Counted from the first letter of the stretch, positions 18,125 to 28,738 are shown. The stretch is DNA of 64,000 nt from Candidatus Nanoarchaeia archaeon (GCA_028279725.1 JANQNE010000011.1:25872-89871); one strand, 5' to 3'. The notes: generated from the letters alone by a model not told the origin. Program-made: numbers and translations.

Positions 18125-19855
18125 ATGATAACCAAAGAAGCACACCAACATATGAAGGATATCGGTGTTATTGAAGGATTAAATCGTGATATTTCTCAAG
18201 AATATGAGGTAACTTCTTTTGATGAGGCCTTGCTTCCTCTGATAGACAAGAATGATGTTTTGGTTGTAGCAGGCGGTTTTTTTGGTGATGAAGGGAAGGG
18301 AAAGATAACAGATGCTGTTGCTAATCACTCAAAGATCAAACTGATAATGAGATCAAATTCAGGAGAAAATGCAGGCCATACAGTCTATCATGATGGAGTA
18401 AAATATGTTTTCCATGTAGTTCCTTCAGGAATATTAGTTCCAGGCAAGTTAAATCTTATCGGTTCTGAGTGTGTTGTGGATCCTGTAAATCTTATGGGGG
18501 AGCTTTCCCAGCTTACTGAAAGAAATATAGATTACTCTGAAAAACTTTTTATAGCAAATCCACATATTGTCGCTCCATATCATAAGCTGATGGATCTTAT
18601 CCAGACTGCTTCAAATTCCTCCACATTAAGAGGCATATCTCCTATACATGCTTCAAAGGCGAAGAAAAGAGGGTTGAGGCTTGATGACATATACATGCCG
18701 GAAGAACATCAGAAGAAGATCATTGAGAAAGATATGGGAGATTATATCGGATTGATGGAAGTATTGGGAAAAAATCAAGAACAACTGCTGAAGTTTTGTG
18801 AAGAAGTGAATTCTGATGATAATGTTGTCATTCCGGAGCATGTAGTTGGTTTTCTTAAAGCAGATGATAAAGTAAGATATATTGTTGATCTTTTCAGAAA
18901 GACTGTTGTAGAAAATAAGCTCTTTCCTGAAAGGACGAAGAATATGGATCTAGTTGACGATACTTTGGAGAAGGGAGATAAGATGCTTGTTGAAGCAGCA
19001 CAAAGTTTTTTTCTTTCAAATAAGATAAAGACTCATTTCAGATCTGCTACTTCAGCTGATACAAGCGCAAGCGGGACTATCTCTGCAGCTAATTATAATA
19101 TTGCCAAATACAATACAGCAGTCATAAATGTAATCAAATTTGTATCTTCAAGAGTTGGCAGAGGAGAGAATCCTGTCGGTTTTGTGCCGCAGACCTTCTT
19201 TTCAGATCAGGGGATAACCACGTTAAATGAACTGAAAGGTGTGTGTGAAGATTTTGATGAGATACAAAAGCAGTTTATGGATTCTGTTGGAGAGAACGGA
19301 ATCTTGGATCCTACAACCTACAAAGATAAGGATGGAAAAGAGTATCCTATAGTTGTTGCTATGGCTATCGCTTCTTCAAAACACTATGGGGAAAGAGGAG
19401 CTACTACTAAAAAACCAAGGATTACTGGATTTATAGATTGTGTTGCTCATCACCTTGTCAATAAGAAGCAAGGTCCATATCTTTCTATATCTGCTATGGA
19501 TAGAGGAGATGACCTTGATAAAGTGGGATTGGTTATCGCTTATGTTATCTATGTTCCAGAAGGGAAGAGTAATCCTGAGTCTGAAGGAAAAGAATATAAG
19601 ACAGGAGATTTGATAAAAACAGGAGATCCTATGCCTAATGAACAGGTCTTGAAGTATGCTATCCCTATAATAAAAGTTATGAATGGGTGGAAGGACAGCC
19701 CTATTGCTGTTGATAAAAGAAGTGTGGATGACCCATTACCTAAATCAGTCCAGGATTATATTGCTGCATTAGAGCATTTTACTGGAGCTGAAGTTATATC
19801 TATTGGGAATGGAGCTGACACAAAGAACCTGATATACTTGAAAAAGAAAGCTTAA
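18125..19855 (+). CDS. purA: Adenylosuccinate synthetase (unusually long, 576 aa)
   Basis: GDEGKGKITD P-loop-like PurA signature near the N-terminus; the remainder aligns loosely and suggests large insertions relative to ~430-aa (bacterial) or ~340-aa (archaeal) PurA. Confidence 0.7.
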   Translation: MITKEAHQHMKDIGVIEGLNRDISQEYEVTSFDEALLPLIDKNDVLVVAGGFFGDEGKGKITDAVANHSKIKLIMRSNSGENAGHTVYHDGVKYVFHVVPSGILVPGKLNLIGSECVVDPVNLMGELSQLTERNIDYSEKLFIANPHIVAPYHKLMDLIQTASNSSTLRGISPIHASKAKKRGLRLDDIYMPEEHQKKIIEKDMGDYIGLMEVLGKNQEQLLKFCEEVNSDDNVVIPEHVVGFLKADDKVRYIVDLFRKTVVENKLFPERTKNMDLVDDTLEKGDKMLVEAAQSFFLSNKIKTHFRSATSADTSASGTISAANYNIAKYNTAVINVIKFVSSRVGRGENPVGFVPQTFFSDQGITTLNELKGVCEDFDEIQKQFMDSVGENGILDPTTYKDKDGKEYPIVVAMAIASSKHYGERGATTKKPRITGFIDCVAHHLVNKKQGPYLSISAMDRGDDLDKVGLVIAYVIYVPEGKSNPESEGKEYKTGDLIKTGDPMPNEQVLKYAIPIIKVMNGWKDSPIAVDKRSVDDPLPKSVQDYIAALEHFTGAEVISIGNGADTKNLIYLKKKA

Positions 19856-19865
19856 TGGTGAAAAG

Positions 19866-21701
19866 ATGAGTGCTGAAAAGATCCTTGTTTTAGATTTTGG
19901 AGGACAGTACACTCAGCTTATTGCCAAGATTGTGAGGCAGTGCAATGTTTTTTCTGAGATAAAGCCTCATGATTATCATTCTGAAGATATTGTAGGAGAT
20001 AATCCTAAAGGAATTATCTTATCTGGTGGGCCTGACAGTGTTTATGGTGATGGAGCTCCACAAATTGATAGGGAAATTCTTGAGTTAGGTATTCCTGTGC
20101 TAGGAATATGCTATGGCATGCAATTGATCAACTATACTCTGGGTGGTGGGATGATAAGAGGTGGAGATTCTATCAAAGAGTATGGGGAAAGTAGTGTGAT
20201 GGTGGAGAATGAGCATGATCTTTATTCTGGACTTAAAGAAAAGATAACTACCTGGATGAGCCATGGAGACAGTGTTGACGGAGGAGATCTTGCAAAAGGT
20301 TTTAGAGTTATAGGAAGGACTGACAATCATGTAGCTTCTATAGCGAATGATGATAAGAAGATTTATGGTGTACAGTTCCATCCTGAAGTTACTCATACTG
20401 TAAATGGAAAGGATATTGTCTCTAATTTTGTTCATAATATCTGCGGCTGTGGTGATGACTGGAATATGGGGAACTATATCGAGCAGTGCAAGAAATATGT
20501 CCAGAAAACAGTGGGGAAGAATGATGTAATCAATTTTGTAAGTGGTGGAGTTGATTCTACTTTTGTTGCTGCTGTTCTTTCTAAGACTGAGAACATCGGG
20601 AATGTGTATAATGTTTATATCGGAGCTTTGATGAGAAAGAATGAGAATAAAGAAGTTGTTAAAAGTATGGAGAAGGCTGGTGTGAAGAATCTTATTTTTA
20701 AAGAGTGTGAAGACAGGTTTATAGAAGCTGTCAGTAAGATGAGCGATCCTGAAGAGAAAAGGAAAGCTATAGGTGATCTTTTTGGGAAGATAATGCAGGA
20801 AGTGTGTGAAGAACTGAAATTAGATGCTGATAAGACTTTCTTAGGACAGGGGACATTGTATACAGATCAGATAGAAAGTGGCAAAGGTGTTGGTGATAAG
20901 GCTGATAATATCAAGTCTCATCATAATGTGGGATGTCCTTTTATAGAAGATATGAAGAAAAAGGGAAGGCTAGTTGAGCCGAATAATATGATATTCAAGG
21001 ATGAAGTTAGGAAGGCAGCAAAAGAGATAGGATTGCCTGAGTCGATATATGCAAGACAGCCATTTCCTGGTCCTGGAATAGGAATAAGGATTGTTGATGG
21101 TGTTGAGAATGTTGATCTGAGTGAAGTTAATGATAAAGTTAATGAAATTGCTAAGCAAGAGGGGTTGATCGGAGGAGTTGTTCCTGTGAAGACTGTTGGT
21201 GTACAGGGAGATGGAAGAACCTATACTTATCTTGCTGTCTTGAGGGGGGAGAGAAACTGGGATAAGATAAGGAAAGCTGCTAAAAGAATACCTCAGGAAG
21301 TAAGAGAAGTTAACAGGATTGTCTATGACCTGGGTAAGGAAGGAGATATTGATTTCAAAAGTACAGTTTCTACTAAAGTTAGCAGAGAGACTGTCGATCT
21401 GCTTAAGGATGTTGATCTTGAAGGAAGAAAGATAATTGATGAAAATGGTTTTAAGGATATAAGCCAGACAATATTTGTGTTGTTTGGATCTGACATGAAT
21501 AGTAAAGGGAAAAGAAGTGTTGCGTTGAGGGCTGTATCAACAGATGATTTTATGACAGTCAGACCAGTAAAAGTGGGTGATGGGTTCTTATCATGGGAAT
21601 GTCTTCAGCAGATCCATGATGTTCTATTGGATAAGTATAATGTCGGAGCGTTTGTCTATGATGTTACAGACAAGCCTCCTGCAACAACATGCTGGGAGTG
21701 A
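19866..21701 (+). CDS. guaA: GMP synthase (glutamine-hydrolysing), fused GATase + ATP-PPase, bacterial-type
   Basis: ILVLDFGGQYTQLIAKIVRQ (GATase start), catalytic GICYGMQL, PP-loop SGGVDST and a C-terminal dimerisation domain; 611 aa. Confidence 0.85.
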   Translation: MSAEKILVLDFGGQYTQLIAKIVRQCNVFSEIKPHDYHSEDIVGDNPKGIILSGGPDSVYGDGAPQIDREILELGIPVLGICYGMQLINYTLGGGMIRGGDSIKEYGESSVMVENEHDLYSGLKEKITTWMSHGDSVDGGDLAKGFRVIGRTDNHVASIANDDKKIYGVQFHPEVTHTVNGKDIVSNFVHNICGCGDDWNMGNYIEQCKKYVQKTVGKNDVINFVSGGVDSTFVAAVLSKTENIGNVYNVYIGALMRKNENKEVVKSMEKAGVKNLIFKECEDRFIEAVSKMSDPEEKRKAIGDLFGKIMQEVCEELKLDADKTFLGQGTLYTDQIESGKGVGDKADNIKSHHNVGCPFIEDMKKKGRLVEPNNMIFKDEVRKAAKEIGLPESIYARQPFPGPGIGIRIVDGVENVDLSEVNDKVNEIAKQEGLIGGVVPVKTVGVQGDGRTYTYLAVLRGERNWDKIRKAAKRIPQEVREVNRIVYDLGKEGDIDFKSTVSTKVSRETVDLLKDVDLEGRKIIDENGFKDISQTIFVLFGSDMNSKGKRSVALRAVSTDDFMTVRPVKVGDGFLSWECLQQIHDVLLDKYNVGAFVYDVTDKPPATTCWE

Positions 21702-22183
21702 AAATGGGAAAGAAAAAACTAGAATCTATGGTTAAGAGTAGTGTTAAGTATCTGATAGAAGGGGCAGTCTTGGCTGCGAAAGAAAGATATGACGGTGCGT
21801 TAGAACATAGGGCAGCTGAATATGCTGTTGAGAGAGAAGGAAAGCTGACAAAGGACCAATATGAATTCTTATTTCATTGCATACATTGGTTTCTATATTC
21901 AAGCCCTGGAGAATATGGACAAAAGAAGAGGCTTGATCGTACAGATGCAAGGAGAAGTGGTGATAAGCAGTATTGGAAATTGTTGAATCCACGTGAGTTC
22001 TTCAATAATGGCGATGGTCCTAGGAAGGATTTTGATAGGACAATGAACAGATTAGCTGAATGTGCGTATAGGCAGGAGAAAGACTGGTTTGACGGAAGAT
22101 ATGCCAGTTATATGGATAAAGGCGGAGAAATCAACAGAACAGAAAGAGTTAAATTGTTAAAATCACTCGATATCAAAGAGTAG
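21689..22183 (+). CDS. Hypothetical protein
   Basis: 164-aa ORF overlapping the guaA stop by 13 nt and convergently overlapping purM by 21 nt; no recognised motifs. Confidence 0.35.
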   Translation: MLGVKMGKKKLESMVKSSVKYLIEGAVLAAKERYDGALEHRAAEYAVEREGKLTKDQYEFLFHCIHWFLYSSPGEYGQKKRLDRTDARRSGDKQYWKLLNPREFFNNGDGPRKDFDRTMNRLAECAYRQEKDWFDGRYASYMDKGGEINRTERVKLLKSLDIKE

Positions 22184-23281
22184 ATCTTCTTTATCTTTTC
22201 CTTTACTTTTTATTTTTATTTTGTTTTCTTCGATGACTTTGCCTGCAATCTGGGCTTTTATGTTGAACTTTGCTGCTTCCTGGATAACTTTTTCTGGCTC
22301 TGGTGTTATTATTGCTAAGCCTTGGCCCATGTTCCATGTCCTGTATGCTTCTTTGTCTGCTATGTTTCCTAGTTCCTGGCAATATTGCATAGCTTTGCAT
22401 GGTTCGAAAAGATTGTCTAGTTCAGCTCCATAACCTGATGGTTTTAGGACTCTGCCAAGTTTTCCTGGCAATCCGCCTCCTGTGATATGAGAGACACCAT
22501 GGATCTTACAGCATCCTTCTGTCTTGAAACCACCATGCATATGAATAACAGCTTTTGAATATATTGTTGAAGGTATGAGGACTAAATTTCCTAATTTTTC
22601 TCCTTCAAATTCAAAATTGTGCCATTCTGGACCATGTTTTTGTTCAAAAACCTTTCTTGTAAGAGATAATCCGTTTGATCTGAAGCCTTTTTCTTCAAGA
22701 ACAACAACAGAATCTCCTAGCTGAACTTCTTTTCCTGTGAAAAGCTTGTTTTTGTTTGCAAACCATGCTATGCTGGAGCACCAATTGTACTTGAACTTTC
22801 CATAACCACCAACACCATCTCCAAGTTCAGCTAATTCTCCGTTGATTACTGCAACATTTGCTGCATCAGCAGCTTTTACATAGCCTTCTGCAAGTTGTTT
22901 TAGCTGTTCTATGTGTGATTCGTTTTCTTTTCCTAAAGAATTAACGTCAAGAACACTTCCGATAAGGACTGGTTCTGCTCCTCTTACTATTGCATCATCA
23001 CAGACCATTGCAAAAAGATCAAAGGCTATTGTCTTATGGTTGTTCATCCTCTGTGCAATCTCTACTTTTGTTCCGACTCCGTCAAAACCTATGCACATAA
23101 GGCTTCCTTCAGGAAGATTTCCGATGTTAATGGCTCTGACTCCTGAGAAATCATCAAATGGAACGATGATCTCTCCGATATTGCCTTTTCTGTTATCAAA
23201 GGTAAGCTTTGCAGCTTTGTACAATATCTTTGATGCATCATCTCCAAGTTCGATGTTAACTCCTGAGTCTTTATAGTCCAT
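22163..23281 (-). CDS. purM: Phosphoribosylformylglycinamidine cyclo-ligase (AIR synthetase)
   Basis: IGFDGVGTKVEIAQ (DGVGTK) and the PurM-N/PurM-C layout; 372 aa. Confidence 0.85.
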   Translation of the reverse strand: MDYKDSGVNIELGDDASKILYKAAKLTFDNRKGNIGEIIVPFDDFSGVRAINIGNLPEGSLMCIGFDGVGTKVEIAQRMNNHKTIAFDLFAMVCDDAIVRGAEPVLIGSVLDVNSLGKENESHIEQLKQLAEGYVKAADAANVAVINGELAELGDGVGGYGKFKYNWCSSIAWFANKNKLFTGKEVQLGDSVVVLEEKGFRSNGLSLTRKVFEQKHGPEWHNFEFEGEKLGNLVLIPSTIYSKAVIHMHGGFKTEGCCKIHGVSHITGGGLPGKLGRVLKPSGYGAELDNLFEPCKAMQYCQELGNIADKEAYRTWNMGQGLAIITPEPEKVIQEAAKFNIKAQIAGKVIEENKIKIKSKGKDKEDLLFDIE

Positions 23282-23282
23282 A

Positions 23283-24782
23283 TTAACCTCTGTCAGCTTT
23301 CTCCAGCTTTTCTATCTTTTCTTTGTTTTTCTTTTTTATCGCTTTCTGGATCTTCTCATTTGAGAGTCCTAAGATCTGTGCTGCATGTCTTGCTGCATTA
23401 GCAGGTCTTAAGATCAATGAGTTAGAGCTTCCTGGTGGATTCTCTAAGCAAGAAAAGCAATCATCTGCATCAGGAGGACAGCTGATCACTGGGTGAACGC
23501 TGTGGAATGATACAACTCCTGAAAGAGCATCTGTTCCTCCTGCAACAGAGATAAATACAACTGGTTCTTCAGACTGGTTGTATTTGTTTATGATCTCTTC
23601 ACATCTTCTTGGTTGTTTGTGTGCTGAGCAGATTCTTATGACTGATGCCAGTCCGTATTTGTTCAACTCTTCCTGGATCTTTTTCAGATGAGGCATGTCA
23701 CTGTCTGATCCTGCTATGATAACTACTAAGCCACCTTTGATGTATCCTTCTTTTCTTAGCTTTTGGATCATATCTGTGCTTACATCTGACTGAGGGAAAT
23801 TGAACTTATTTCCTGTCAGGCTTTCATATAAACTGATATATCTGTAAGCAACTTCTATTACATCTTTGTCTTCAAGTTCTGGCGGCTTTTCTGTTGATCC
23901 GTAAGCACCATATCCTTTTTCAACAAGAACATCTCTAACGAACTGTTTTGACAGCTCTTTTATCTTTAGCTGTGGTTTTTTCTTAAGAAGTTCTGTTACA
24001 TCTTTGTATCTTCCTGTATCCATCTCTTTCTTTATTCCTGTGTATTTGTTGTATTCTTCTATTGTACAGTATCTTGATGAATCTGGTGTGTTTGCTTCGT
24101 CAATCAGGTTGATCTTTCCTTTTTCGTCGATACCAAACTCATACTTTGTGTCAATGAAGATAAATCCTTTCTGTTCTGCCAGTTTTGATGCACGCTTAAA
24201 TAGTCTTATTGAGATATCTCTGAGCTGTGTTGCCAGTTTTTTTCCAAGCTTATCTGCCATGTATTCAAAGCTTACATTAACATCATGATCTCCATCTTCT
24301 GCTTTTGTAGCTGGAGTAAATAATGGTTCTCTAAGCTTTTGGTATCTTAGCAATGAATCTGAAAGCTTTATTCCGCAGAACTCTCTTTTTCCATCTTCGT
24401 AGTCTGCAGCCATGCTTCCCCAAACATATCCTCTTACAACGAATTCGAATGCAATCTTATTCATCTTTTTCTGGACAATAACATTTCCATGAGGGCTTCT
24501 TATGACAGCGTTTGGAACAATATCTGTTGTGTTGTCAAATGCCCATTGTGCGAAGAGGTTTAATGTTAATCCTTTGAAAGGGATCTGCCTGCTAAGTACA
24601 TGGTCAAAGCAAGATATCCTATCTGATGCCACCATCACTATAGGTTTTCCAACTTTTGGTGATGTAAAATGTACTTCTCTTACTTTTCCTGATTTATGTG
24701 TTCCAAGTTCTGGGATGTATCCTGAGAACAGGGTATTGTCTAAGTTTTCTTTGATTATTTTTTTGTATTTTTGTTCTTCCAT
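23283..24782 (-). CDS. Bifunctional SAICAR synthetase (PurC, long/ADE1-type) + PurE class II (AIR carboxylase) fusion, PAICS-like
   Basis: N-terminal half has SGKVREVH, TKAEDGDHDVNVS and FIDTKYEFG (PurC). C-terminal half has VVIIAGSDSDMPH and CSAHKQP (PurE; SAHK indicates class II). Confidence 0.8.
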   Translation of the reverse strand: MEEQKYKKIIKENLDNTLFSGYIPELGTHKSGKVREVHFTSPKVGKPIVMVASDRISCFDHVLSRQIPFKGLTLNLFAQWAFDNTTDIVPNAVIRSPHGNVIVQKKMNKIAFEFVVRGYVWGSMAADYEDGKREFCGIKLSDSLLRYQKLREPLFTPATKAEDGDHDVNVSFEYMADKLGKKLATQLRDISIRLFKRASKLAEQKGFIFIDTKYEFGIDEKGKINLIDEANTPDSSRYCTIEEYNKYTGIKKEMDTGRYKDVTELLKKKPQLKIKELSKQFVRDVLVEKGYGAYGSTEKPPELEDKDVIEVAYRYISLYESLTGNKFNFPQSDVSTDMIQKLRKEGYIKGGLVVIIAGSDSDMPHLKKIQEELNKYGLASVIRICSAHKQPRRCEEIINKYNQSEEPVVFISVAGGTDALSGVVSFHSVHPVISCPPDADDCFSCLENPPGSSNSLILRPANAARHAAQILGLSNEKIQKAIKKKNKEKIEKLEKADRG

Positions 24783-24806
24783 TTTTTCCTCCCCTATCCC
24801 TCTTTT

Positions 24807-25421
24807 TTATTTTTTGACTATAACTTTTCTTCCTTCAACCTTTATCTTTCCTTCTCCAAAAAGCTGTATAGCTTTAGGGTAAAGCTCTTTTTCTAATGTC
24901 TGGACCTTTTCTTTCAATGAATCTACTGTCTCGTCGTTCTCTATGTCTACTGTTCCCTGCATTATTATAGGTCCTGTGTCCATTCCTTCGTCAACAAAGT
25001 GGATTGTGCATCCGCTGACCTTACATCCATAGTTAAGGATGTCTTCATGTACTGACCTGTCCATTCCTGGGAATGAAGGCAGTAGTGAAGGATGAATGTT
25101 CATTATCCTGTCTTTATATTTGTTTGCAAACCATGGGCTAAAAAGACGCATATAGCCTACAAGGACTAAAAGTTCTACTTCTTCCTGGTCTAAGATCTCT
25201 GCAACTCTTTTGTCGTAGCTTTCTCTTGTGTCTTCATCTTTTTTGTACAATTCTATTCTTGTCTTGAATCCCTGGTTTTGTGCTCTTTCGATAGCATAGC
25301 ATTCTTTGTTTGCTAGGACAATCTTTAATTCTGCATCAAGCTCTTTGTTCTTTATAGCATCCATTATAGCCTGAAGATCTGTTCCGTTTGTTGATGCCAT
25401 TACAGCTATTTTTATCGTCAT
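24807..25421 (-). CDS. purN: Phosphoribosylglycinamide formyltransferase
   Basis: [13 protein letters not shown] and [13 protein letters not shown] (NxHPSLLPxF) motifs; 204 aa. Confidence 0.85.
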   Translation of the reverse strand: MTIKIAVMASTNGTDLQAIMDAIKNKELDAELKIVLANKECYAIERAQNQGFKTRIELYKKDEDTRESYDKRVAEILDQEEVELLVLVGYMRLFSPWFANKYKDRIMNIHPSLLPSFPGMDRSVHEDILNYGCKVSGCTIHFVDEGMDTGPIIMQGTVDIENDETVDSLKEKVQTLEKELYPKAIQLFGEGKIKVEGRKVIVKK

Positions 25422-26287
25422 TTTAGATTATTTTGCATCTTGTATGCAGTTAATGTGTTTTCTAGTAATGATGCTATTGTCATAGGGCCAACTCCACCTG
25501 GAACAGGTGTTATGTGTGAGCATTTGCCTTTTACGTTTTCAAAGTCAACATCGCCTTCAAGATGATATCCTTTTTCTGAGTCATCATCAACTCTGTTAAC
25601 TCCTACATCAATTACTACTGCTCCTTCTTTTACCATATCTGCTGTTACTAGTTTTGGTCTTCCTACTGCTGCAACTAATATATCTGCTGTCTTGCAGATC
25701 TCTGCCATATTTTGTGTTCTTGAATGGCAGATGGTTACTGTTGCGTTTTTTTGGAGTAGTAATGTCGATACTGGTTTTCCTACGATATTGCTTCTTCCTA
25801 TCACAACAGCATGTTTTCCGCTTATGTCTGTTCCAGTTGATTCTATAAGTGTTATTATCCCTTTTGGTGTGCATGAGACAAGGCTATTGTTTCCTGTGAA
25901 TAGATTTCCCATATTTACAGGATGAAATCCATCAACATCTTTCTCTGGGATTATTGTGTTTATGACTTTAGTGTCTGAGATCTGTTTTGGAACAGGCATC
26001 TGGACTAAAATTCCATTGACTGTTTCGTCGTTGTTAAGCTTTTCTATGAGTTTTAGCAGCTCTTCTTCTGGAATGTCTTTATCTAATTCATATTTGAATG
26101 ACTGAATGCCTACTTCTCTGCATTTCACTTCTTTCATGTTGACATATACTTTTGAAGCTGGATTTTCCCCTACTAAAACAACTGCTAATCCTGGCTTTTT
26201 TTCCAGTTGTGAAACTTCTTCTTTGATCTTTTCTCTTATCTCAGCTGAGATCTTGTTTCCGTCTATCAATTCCATTTTATCTATCAC
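25418..26287 (-). CDS. folD: Bifunctional methylene-THF dehydrogenase / methenyl-THF cyclohydrolase
   Basis: [29 protein letters not shown] and [10 protein letters not shown] blocks typical of FolD; overlaps purN by 4 nt. Confidence 0.85.
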   Translation of the reverse strand: MIDKMELIDGNKISAEIREKIKEEVSQLEKKPGLAVVLVGENPASKVYVNMKEVKCREVGIQSFKYELDKDIPEEELLKLIEKLNNDETVNGILVQMPVPKQISDTKVINTIIPEKDVDGFHPVNMGNLFTGNNSLVSCTPKGIITLIESTGTDISGKHAVVIGRSNIVGKPVSTLLLQKNATVTICHSRTQNMAEICKTADILVAAVGRPKLVTADMVKEGAVVIDVGVNRVDDDSEKGYHLEGDVDFENVKGKCSHITPVPGGVGPMTIASLLENTLTAYKMQNNLK

Positions 26288-27445
26288 CTAAAAATGTGCA
26301 AAGCATCTTTCTGTAGTATAGACCATTGCCATATCATGATCATTTGCTGCTTCAACAACCTCTAGGTCTTTTACAGAACCTCCTGGCTGTATTATTGCAG
26401 TTATACCTTGATTTGCTATAAGGTCAACTGAATCTCTGAAAGGAAAGAATCCATCTGATGAGATGACTGCTCCTTTTAGGGGATTTTCTGACAGTTTTTC
26501 TTTTGATGCTATGACATTTAATGAATCATATTCAATATTTTCCCTATCCATTGCTTTTTGGTATGCTTTTAGGATAGCCTGCTCAACAGCTCCAACTCTT
26601 TCTTGCTGTCCTGAGCCTATTGATAGGGAAACACCATTCTTAACAATAACAACACCATTACTTCTTACACCTAGGTTGATGTACCATGATGTTAGCAGGT
26701 CTTGGAGTTCCTGTATTGAAGGCTCTCTTTTTACTGAAACTTCTTTTTCATCTGTGTTTATTGTCGGATGTGTTATAAGATCTGATGGATCTTTTATCTT
26801 GCATAAGTAAGGTTTTTGGATGATTAATCTTCCTGCACCCATTATTTTGACGTCGAAGAGTCCTGTTGTGTCATCTCCAGCAAATTTTGGAACTTTGTCT
26901 AGGTTTTCGAATGTGAGCAGTCTCATGTTTTTCTTTTCGCTCAGGATATCTTCTGCTTCTTTCTGGAATCCAGGAGCTGCAACAGCTTCAACATAGCTTG
27001 TCATTATCTCTTCTGCTGTTTCTTTGTCAACTTCTCTGTTGAAAACTACTACTGAGCCGAATGCACTTCTTGCATCAGCATCTCTTGCATTTTTGTAGAT
27101 GTCTTTCAATGAGTTGTCCTGATATTGAGTTGCAAACCCCGAAGGTATTATGTGTTTCATAACGCAAACTGAAGGATGATTGAAGAACTTCAGTATTTCC
27201 ATAGCTCTTATTACATCCATTACATTTGTTGCTGATAATCCACCTTTTCCTGATTTTAGAAGCTGAATATTTGTAAGGTCAGCTATTGTTGATCCTTTGA
27301 ACTTGTATTCTGCTCCTGGCTGATTTGGATTTTCTCCATATCTTAGATCCATCTCTTTGACTAATTCTAACGGCAGTTCATCCGGATAGTCTCCAGCATT
27401 TACTGTCTTGTACATATTTTTTAGGTCGCTTAAGTTTTCTCCCAT
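26288..27445 (-). CDS. purH: AICAR transformylase domain of PurH, encoded as a separate gene
   Basis: LRYGENPNQ and downstream AICARFT blocks; begins 1 nt after the stop of the IMPCH gene, with its own RBS (GAGGGA). Confidence 0.8.
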   Translation of the reverse strand: MGENLSDLKNMYKTVNAGDYPDELPLELVKEMDLRYGENPNQPGAEYKFKGSTIADLTNIQLLKSGKGGLSATNVMDVIRAMEILKFFNHPSVCVMKHIIPSGFATQYQDNSLKDIYKNARDADARSAFGSVVVFNREVDKETAEEIMTSYVEAVAAPGFQKEAEDILSEKKNMRLLTFENLDKVPKFAGDDTTGLFDVKIMGAGRLIIQKPYLCKIKDPSDLITHPTINTDEKEVSVKREPSIQELQDLLTSWYINLGVRSNGVVIVKNGVSLSIGSGQQERVGAVEQAILKAYQKAMDRENIEYDSLNVIASKEKLSENPLKGAVISSDGFFPFRDSVDLIANQGITAIIQPGGSVKDLEVVEAANDHDMAMVYTTERCFAHF

Positions 27446-27446
27446 T

Positions 27447-28169
27447 CTAATCCCTCTTTATTTCATAGCATTTCTCAAGATCTGCTATCTCTGTTTTTTG
27501 TATCAGCTTATTGACTGATGCCATATAATCTGTTATCATGCTTGATGCTTTTTTTGCCAAGTTAAGGCGAGTTGCAAGTGAGATCGCTCCGTTGTTTGTG
27601 TCTAGTTCTTCAATTAGTGTTTTGTATTCTGACGGATCTGTTATCAATGCAGTGCTTACTAATGCTTTTCTTGCATTATGACTCATGCTTGGCCCTCCTA
27701 CGTCTATATTTTGCCTTAGGATCTCAAAAGTTGAGTCAGGCTTTGCCATCATCTCATCCAATGGATAAAAGTTGACTATTAATGCATTGATGTAGTTGAT
27801 GTTATGTTCTTTCATGAATTCATCGTCTGATTCTGTATGATTGTGTGCTAAAAGTCCTGCATGTATAACTGGATGTAGTGATTTAACTAATCCTGTCTTC
27901 ATCTCAGGGTATTTTGTAACTTCTGAGACTTCTACAACATTAAGCCCTGCTTCTTTTACTATCTTGTATGTTCCTCCTGTTGATATGAACTGGACATCTG
28001 GGTTTTTTTCTGCTATAAAACCTAAAAGTCCGTTTTCTGGAATTCCTTCTATTATTGGTCCATCTTTTCTTTTGTTGGAAACTAATCCTTCTTTGTTTGT
28101 ACAGCTGACCAATACATGCTTTAGCTGTATAAGGTCATCAACTTTTTTTACAAATTCAATTTCAGCCAT
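27447..28169 (-). CDS. purH: IMP cyclohydrolase (MGS-like) domain of PurH, encoded as a separate gene
   Basis: ISTGGT, VSEVTKYPEMKTGLVKSLHPVIHAG and VNFYPL match the PurH N-domain; 240 aa. Confidence 0.8.
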   Translation of the reverse strand: MAEIEFVKKVDDLIQLKHVLVSCTNKEGLVSNKRKDGPIIEGIPENGLLGFIAEKNPDVQFISTGGTYKIVKEAGLNVVEVSEVTKYPEMKTGLVKSLHPVIHAGLLAHNHTESDDEFMKEHNINYINALIVNFYPLDEMMAKPDSTFEILRQNIDVGGPSMSHNARKALVSTALITDPSEYKTLIEELDTNNGAISLATRLNLAKKASSMITDYMASVNKLIQKTEIADLEKCYEIKRD

Positions 28170-28738
28170 TATTTACACCTTATCACTCTTTTTTCGGTAA
28201 TTATCATATCCATCGGGATGTCATAATCTTCTGTTGGTATATTTTTTGTTATCTGTTCTTCAAATGCAAGCCCTATTTTTAGGGAGTTTCTGTCTTTCAG
28301 GAATCTGTCGTAAAAACCTTTTCCGAATCCTATCCTTGCTCCGCTTTGGTCAAAAGCGATGCCTGGGACGAGGACGATGTCCAGGTTTTCTTTGTATTCC
28401 TCTTTTTTGATTGGTTCGAGTACTCCGAAGTTCCCTTCTTTTAGGTCATTGAAGTCAGATAATTTTGATATCTTTATGTTGTTTTCTTCGACAAATGGGA
28501 TGATTACTGTCTTTTGCTGCAGTTGTTCTTTGATTAATTCTATTGTGTTTACCTCACTTTTTAGTGAAAGGTAAGACATCACTATGTTTGCTTTTTTGAA
28601 CTCATCCAGATCTTTTAGATGTTGGATGATTGTCTTGCTTTTTTCTGAGATCTGTTCTTCCGGTATGTTATCTCTTATGGACCTTATGGTGTTTCTGATC
28701 TCTTGTTTGTTTATTCTGTTCATAGTGCGATTCTTCAC
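28169..28738 (-). CDS. 5-formyltetrahydrofolate cyclo-ligase (MTHFS)
   Basis: GARIGFGKGFYDRF (GxGxGyYDR) family signature; 189 aa; overlaps neighbours on both sides. Confidence 0.75.
   Translation of the reverse strand: MKNRTMNRINKQEIRNTIRSIRDNIPEEQISEKSKTIIQHLKDLDEFKKANIVMSYLSLKSEVNTIELIKEQLQQKTVIIPFVEENNIKISKLSDFNDLKEGNFGVLEPIKKEEYKENLDIVLVPGIAFDQSGARIGFGKGFYDRFLKDRNSLKIGLAFEEQITKNIPTEDYDIPMDMIITEKRVIRCK

Noticed and set aside
23283-24782. Missing purK flagged as a pathway gap
   Set aside because: The PurE domain carries the class II SAHK signature, which carboxylates AIR directly and does not need PurK.
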